This document shows positions 59,613 to 64,000 of a stretch of DNA of 64,000 bases, piece by piece (position 1 is the stretch's first letter; the number at the start of each line of letters is the position of its first letter). Origin of the DNA: Patescibacteria group bacterium (GTDB lineage Bacteria > Patescibacteriota > Patescibacteriia > JAXHNJ01); NCBI GenBank assembly GCA_041649715.1, contig JBAZMP010000002.1, positions 132,964 to 196,963 of the forward strand, in the 5' to 3' direction. The notes under the pieces are model-generated. The model saw only the letters and a list, made by a program, of their open reading frames with translations. It made no database searches and had not been told where the DNA came from. Both the position numbers and the translations under genes were made by a program.

Positions 59613-62501
59613 ATGGAAGAGAATCATGGTTTTAACCTGGAAACGCCCCTGGCTGTGACCCCTGATGATATTAAGAGCATTTCTGATCCATCTCCGCGTT
59701 TTCGGAGCTGGGCCTGGCAAATGTATCTTCGCCGCGAGCTTAACCTGATCGTGGAGGCGGTCATCTGGTTGGGCAAAGCGGCCAATATCATCGAAGCCCT
59801 TGCTTATCTTAACCGTCTGACGGTTGAGTATCCGGAAACCGAGCTGAAGGTCGTGGTCAAGGATCTGGAGAATATCCGAGATCCCGGCCCGAAAATGGTG
59901 AAGCTAAGAACCCTCGTGAGAGGGATCAGAGCCAAAGCGAAGGATCCGCAGCTCACGCGCGGCGCCTTGACGCATCAGGCGGTCAATGACCTTTTTAGCG
60001 GTCGGCTGATGTCTTCCGGCGGGAGAAGAACCGACAAGACTTCTTCTCAGCTTGAATTGTTCAAGCTTGAGAAAAGCCGTCAGATTCTTCTTTTTGATGA
60101 ATTCGCCGAGGAGTCAGTTCAAAGCGAAAAATCGGAAAAAATGCGTCTGAGCCGCACCCGAGTGCTTAATCGGATTCAGCATCACTGGAAAGTGATAAGG
60201 TCGGCCATCGAAAAGCAGGGTTGGCCGGCCTGGCGACGGAAAAGGCGAAACGTCAATTGTCTGGAAAAATGGCTGGCGATTCTTTTCGGCGAACACGCCG
60301 TTAAGCTTGGCGCCGAAGTAGGCTTCGGCGAACACTTTAAGGTGTTGACCGAGCTGACTTGGGCCGCCGCCGCGAGCTATTGGCTGAGAGAAAGACAAAG
60401 GCCGATGATTTTGTTCCGGGAGATAAACGTGATTGCCTCGCGTCATCACCTTGGCGGCGGACGCATTGACGCTCTTGAGGTGCGTCGCATCGGCGGAAAG
60501 TTGCCGAATCGGAGGCAAGACCGGATACTTACCGAAATGAGCCGTAACCGCTATAAATCCGTCGGCCATCTGATCATGGAGCTTGGCAAACGCTTTGACC
60601 AGCCGGTTGAAGTGACGGTCATCGACTGGAAATCTTTGGTCGGCGACGTGGTCACCGGGGATAAAGAATGGTCTTCGACGGATTTAAAAAAAGAACCCCA
60701 ATTCGCCGATCAGGAACAGATGAAGAGGTATCTGACGCTGATCCCTCTGGATTGCTACTTGGTCGGTCAAAAAGGTGAGCTTTGGCGACCCGAAGACGTG
60801 ACTCTGCGCGGGGAACTCTGGTATTTGATGCCTGACCAGGCGCCCATTGTTCATGAAGTGAGCATGGCCGTCGAGCAAATGCAGGATTATTTTTTGAATT
60901 ACGTCGTGCTTGAGTGGCCCGAAGCTTCCCGGCGGGCTTTGGCCAGGGAAGTCAATAACATTTTCCTTCGCCATCTGGTCGAGATCCATGAAAAAGGGGA
61001 AAGTCGCCCGAAGAAAGGAGCTTTCGGCAATAATCATAACGGGAATCAGGCTCTGCCACTTTTCCCGGAAGAAAAAGTAAAAGTCGTGTCCGTCCGGGAG
61101 ATAATCCGAGCGCATCGGGATAAATATCCGCTCTTTGCCGACCGCCGGCAGATTCTCCAGATTGTGGGCAAGCGCCGCAAGACAGGGACCCATAAATTGG
61201 AGATGAATTACAGCAAGCTGCTAGAGGCCATGGCAAAAGGGGAGGTAAAAACCTACAGTTGGTCGGATCCCGCCCAGCCTTTTACCGTGCAGTGCCTGAT
61301 GGACGATCACCGGGATTCTGACCCTTCCATGCGTATTTATCCCGACTGGTTACGTTTCTGGTGTTTCGGTTGCCGCACGGGCGGAAGCATTGCCATTGAA
61401 TCCGTGCCGGGCGACCTCGCCAATCGACTGGCGCCAAAATGGCAGGAAATCAGCCGCCAGCCCACTAAGCTTGACTGGTCGGTCTTGCCGGTTATTCCCG
61501 AAGAACATGACCGGATTATGCGCCGCGCCCAGCAGTTGCTGGCCTTATCTTTTTGGCCTAGTCCGGCGGTGGAATATCTGCGTCAAGAAAGGAGAGTAGA
61601 TCCTTCCCTGGCTTATGAATACGGCGCGGGTTACGGCAATAACAGCTTGATCATCGGGTTGATGAGTGAAGGTTATTGCTTAGATGATCTGATCCGCTAC
61701 GGATTCGTAAAAATCACGCCTAATTTCTGGCGGGCCAGCAGTCTGATCGGATTGTTGCAGGAAGAGTTCGGTCTTTCCGCTCAGGAAATCACGCGCGAGT
61801 ACTTATCTAAGAAGACTCAGCGGACGGAAATTGGTTATCCCTATTCAGTTCTGGCTGGCCGCGTGACTTTCCCTTTGAAGCTTGAAGGCAAACACACCAA
61901 TTTCTATGGCCGGATAATTCCGCCTACAGAGGAGATGCTGACGCACATCAAGCTTTCGATGCTGGGCGAAAAAGTCGTCCAGGGCGGCTTCAATACCGAC
62001 ATTCTTTTGTCAGACGCTAAGGAGGTGAAATTTGCCGAAGCGGTCATTGATACTCTGACCTTAGCCCAGATGGGTTATCGGAACGTGATCGCTTTGGTCG
62101 GCACCGAGAATGTCGAGATTCTCAAAGCGGCGATCCGGGCCCGCAAGAATATTGGCTTGTCCCTTGATTACGACAAGTTCGGCCGGAAGCTGACCCTGAG
62201 GACGATCAGGCGTTATTTGGCCACGGTGAATTTGGGCGGCGAAAAAGTCTGGCGGGAAATTGATCAGTATGTCCGCGAGATTGAAGAAGCGATCAAGAGG
62301 GAGGAAACGGGAGAAAAAGAAGCTCTTCATTTCGGGGAATATTTCCGCCGGCTGGGTTACCTGGGGATTGAGGATTTCACCGCTAGATTCGTGGCTGACC
62401 ATCGGGAATGTCTTGGTCGTGAATTTGATTTCAACACCTGGTGGCAGAGATTCGGTTGTCAAAACGCACCTTTATCTTGGGAGGAAGACAATAACGCGTA
62501 G
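59613..62501 (+). CDS. fusion protein: RecB-family PD-(D/E)XK nuclease-like N-terminal half + CHC2 zinc finger + Toprim primase-like C-terminal half
   Basis: RBS 'AAGGAGGTGGAG'. 'GGGRIDALEV', 'VTVIDWKSL', 'EQMKRYLTL' (D / DxK / QxxxY). 'CLMDDHRDSDPSMRIYPDWLRFWCFGCRTGGSIAIE' (CHC2). 'FAEAVIDTLTLAQMGYRNVIALVGT' and 'LSLDYDKFG' (Toprim E, DxD). Confidence 0.75.
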   Translation: MEENHGFNLETPLAVTPDDIKSISDPSPRFRSWAWQMYLRRELNLIVEAVIWLGKAANIIEALAYLNRLTVEYPETELKVVVKDLENIRDPGPKMVKLRTLVRGIRAKAKDPQLTRGALTHQAVNDLFSGRLMSSGGRRTDKTSSQLELFKLEKSRQILLFDEFAEESVQSEKSEKMRLSRTRVLNRIQHHWKVIRSAIEKQGWPAWRRKRRNVNCLEKWLAILFGEHAVKLGAEVGFGEHFKVLTELTWAAAASYWLRERQRPMILFREINVIASRHHLGGGRIDALEVRRIGGKLPNRRQDRILTEMSRNRYKSVGHLIMELGKRFDQPVEVTVIDWKSLVGDVVTGDKEWSSTDLKKEPQFADQEQMKRYLTLIPLDCYLVGQKGELWRPEDVTLRGELWYLMPDQAPIVHEVSMAVEQMQDYFLNYVVLEWPEASRRALAREVNNIFLRHLVEIHEKGESRPKKGAFGNNHNGNQALPLFPEEKVKVVSVREIIRAHRDKYPLFADRRQILQIVGKRRKTGTHKLEMNYSKLLEAMAKGEVKTYSWSDPAQPFTVQCLMDDHRDSDPSMRIYPDWLRFWCFGCRTGGSIAIESVPGDLANRLAPKWQEISRQPTKLDWSVLPVIPEEHDRIMRRAQQLLALSFWPSPAVEYLRQERRVDPSLAYEYGAGYGNNSLIIGLMSEGYCLDDLIRYGFVKITPNFWRASSLIGLLQEEFGLSAQEITREYLSKKTQRTEIGYPYSVLAGRVTFPLKLEGKHTNFYGRIIPPTEEMLTHIKLSMLGEKVVQGGFNTDILLSDAKEVKFAEAVIDTLTLAQMGYRNVIALVGTENVEILKAAIRARKNIGLSLDYDKFGRKLTLRTIRRYLATVNLGGEKVWREIDQYVREIEEAIKREETGEKEALHFGEYFRRLGYLGIEDFTARFVADHRECLGREFDFNTWWQRFGCQNAPLSWEEDNNA

Positions 62502-62613
62502 ACTCGTTTGGTTTATTGCCAAATGGTTCTGCGCGTTTTTTTATGGGCTTATTATTGTAATATTGGGCCGATTCTTTTATAATTATCTGGTGATATAATT
62601 AAATATAAAACCT

Positions 62614-63111
62614 ATGAAAAAATCTGTTATTTTCGCACTTTGCCTGTTGGCGGGCACCGCTTTGATCCTGACCGGCTGCGGCAAAAGCGCGGCGGAAAAA
62701 GCCGCCGAAAAAGCAGCGGAATCGGCGACCAACGGCCAGGCGGATGTTGATTTGAGCAATCAGAAGATAACGGTAAACACCAACGGATCCACGATCGAGG
62801 TCGGCGGAGATATCGCTTTGCCCTCCGGTTTTCCGGAAGATGTTTATGTCGTTGACGGCACCATCAAGTCGGCTTCCACGGTCAACGAGGGCAAGGGTTA
62901 CAGCGTCATGATCGAAACAAATCAGAGTGTGGCCGATCTCAAGGATCTCTATGACGCAAAGCTGAAAGAGGAGGGCTGGAATATCACCTTCAGCATGAAC
63001 TTGGGCGACAGCTTCACCATGGCTGCGGAAAAGGGTAACCGTACCGCCAATGTCACTCTCGGCCAGGGAGAAGAAGCCAATACCGTCCTTATCGGGACAA
63101 GCGAAAAATAA
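62614..63111 (+). CDS. lipoprotein
   Basis: Lipobox 'LILTGCGKS'. Terminator GCCTCTTT-tc-AAAGAGGC at 63138-63160. Confidence 0.7.
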   Translation: MKKSVIFALCLLAGTALILTGCGKSAAEKAAEKAAESATNGQADVDLSNQKITVNTNGSTIEVGGDIALPSGFPEDVYVVDGTIKSASTVNEGKGYSVMIETNQSVADLKDLYDAKLKEEGWNITFSMNLGDSFTMAAEKGNRTANVTLGQGEEANTVLIGTSEK

Positions 63112-63205
63112 TATTTTACCGTCTATGTTAATAAATTGCCTCTTTTCAAAGAGGCGATTTATGGTTAAGATTACGACATTGATAAGGTAACAATATTTTT
63201 GATTT

Positions 63206-63685
63206 ATGAACAGTGCCATAAAAAAGGGTTTCGGCTTCGGCCTGACTTCTGGCGTCATCACCACCCTGGGGATGATCGTCGGTTTACAAGCCGGCACCGG
63301 TTCGAAAACGGTGGTCTTGGGCGGCATTTTTATCATTGCTTTAGCCGATGCCCTTTCTGATGCCTTGGGCACGCATATTTCTGAAGAATCGGAAGACCAG
63401 CATTCAAATAAAGAAATTTGGCAGGCGACTTTCGCCACGTTCGTCGCCAAGCTGATAGTTGCTCTTACTTTTGTCGCGCCCGTGCTTTTATTCAGTTTGA
63501 CGACGGCTATCTGGATCAGTATTGTCTGGGGTCTTTCCCTGATCATAATTTTCAGTTATTTGATTTCCCGCGCTCAAGGCCTTAAGTCGGCGGCTTACGT
63601 CGTTTTTGAACATCTGATTATCGCGGTTTTCGTCATTATCGCCACCCATTATATCGGCGACTGGGTGAATAAGATTTTCGTGTAA
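63206..63685 (+). CDS. VIT1/CCC1-family (short form) membrane protein
   Basis: 'GLTSGVITTLGMIVGL', 'IALADALSDALGTHISEESE', C-terminal TM helices. Confidence 0.7.
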   Translation: MNSAIKKGFGFGLTSGVITTLGMIVGLQAGTGSKTVVLGGIFIIALADALSDALGTHISEESEDQHSNKEIWQATFATFVAKLIVALTFVAPVLLFSLTTAIWISIVWGLSLIIIFSYLISRAQGLKSAAYVVFEHLIIAVFVIIATHYIGDWVNKIFV

Positions 63686-63793
63686 AGAATATTTATCTTG
63701 AAGTTATATTAATGATATGCTTTGTTTTTTTCGTATAAAAAACAGGGGTTCGTCACGCTTGGCGTGACTCGCCCCCGATTGTCGTTTGTCTGT

Positions 63794-64000
63794 TTACTCC
63801 TCGATGGAAAAACCTTGCTTTTTGGCTATTGCTTCCACGAGCATCTTGTTTTTTGAAGCGCCTCCGTGGAAGGTTGAAATTGCGTCACTGATCTTACCTC
63901 TTTTATGCCAAGGCTTTCTCACCGCTTCAGCCAGATTGTCTGCCAATATCCACAGCCTTTTGTACCCTCCGAGGATATCTTCAATGTACCTTTGTGCATT
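63794..64000 (-). CDS. 3' end of an unidentified gene running off the window
   Basis: Hand translation '...NAQRYIEDILGGYKRLWILADNLAEAVRKPWHKRGKISDAISTFHGGASKNKMLVEAIAKKQGFSIEE*'. Stop at 63794-63796, hairpin GTCACGC-ttg-GCGTGAC downstream. Confidence 0.4.
   Translation of the reverse strand, partial: NAQRYIEDILGGYKRLWILADNLAEAVRKPWHKRGKISDAISTFHGGASKNKMLVEAIAKKQGFSIEE

Noticed and set aside
62599-63546. 315-aa minus-strand ORF
   Set aside because: It is opposite two well-supported plus-strand genes, a lipoprotein with a lipobox and a VIT-family membrane protein, and it spans their intergenic terminator.

Overview
The window looks like a small-genome, uncultivated-type bacterium. A Patescibacteria/CPR-like origin is my inference from gene content and repeat style and is not verified. 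All coordinates of hand-found elements were counted by eye (about +/-2 nt).

Housekeeping backbone: ftsK (5' end cut by the window edge), recA, efp, rpsR-ssb-rpsF, ychF, folD, glyA, murI, trpS, rnj, secG, uvrC, uvrA, groES/groEL with a perfect CIRCE operator, ppsA, a rubrerythrin / reverse-rubrerythrin / desulfoferrodoxin cluster, dnaG and rpoD.

Between these lie compositionally distinct accessory patches. Visibly GC-richer patches are about 14.9-17.5 kb, 34.0-35.3 kb, 45.9-46.3 kb and 57.3-62.5 kb. Visibly AT-richer genes are 11094-11600, 13051-13590, 46762-47910 and 53111-53875. I found no rRNA, CRISPR array, transposase or integrase.

Most unusual observations:
1. The tRNA-Asn locus downstream of rpoD (56.9-58.15 kb) contains four related elements.
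   - A tRNA-Asn-like gene with a non-canonical T-loop.
   - A second copy split into blocks by GC-rich hairpin insertions.
   - A canonical tRNA-Asn(GTT) nested inside a third, degenerate tRNA-like gene.
   - A promoter, an Asn-codon-rich mini-ORF and a terminator/antiterminator lying directly upstream of the nested pair.
2. tRNA-Ser and both intact tRNA-Asn genes sit in perfect or near-perfect 17-21 bp leader-trailer helices that extend the acceptor stem.
3. A bacterial Elp3 is paired head-to-head (CATATG) with a Trm9-like methyltransferase.
4. A free-standing, divergent AlaRS-catalytic-core-like paralog lies next to tRNA-Ser.
5. A 962-aa fusion joins a RecB-type PD-(D/E)XK nuclease to a CHC2-zinc-finger/Toprim primase, in a GC-rich block beside the tRNA-Asn locus.
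6. A palindromic intergenic repeat family twice supplies the stop codon of the upstream gene.
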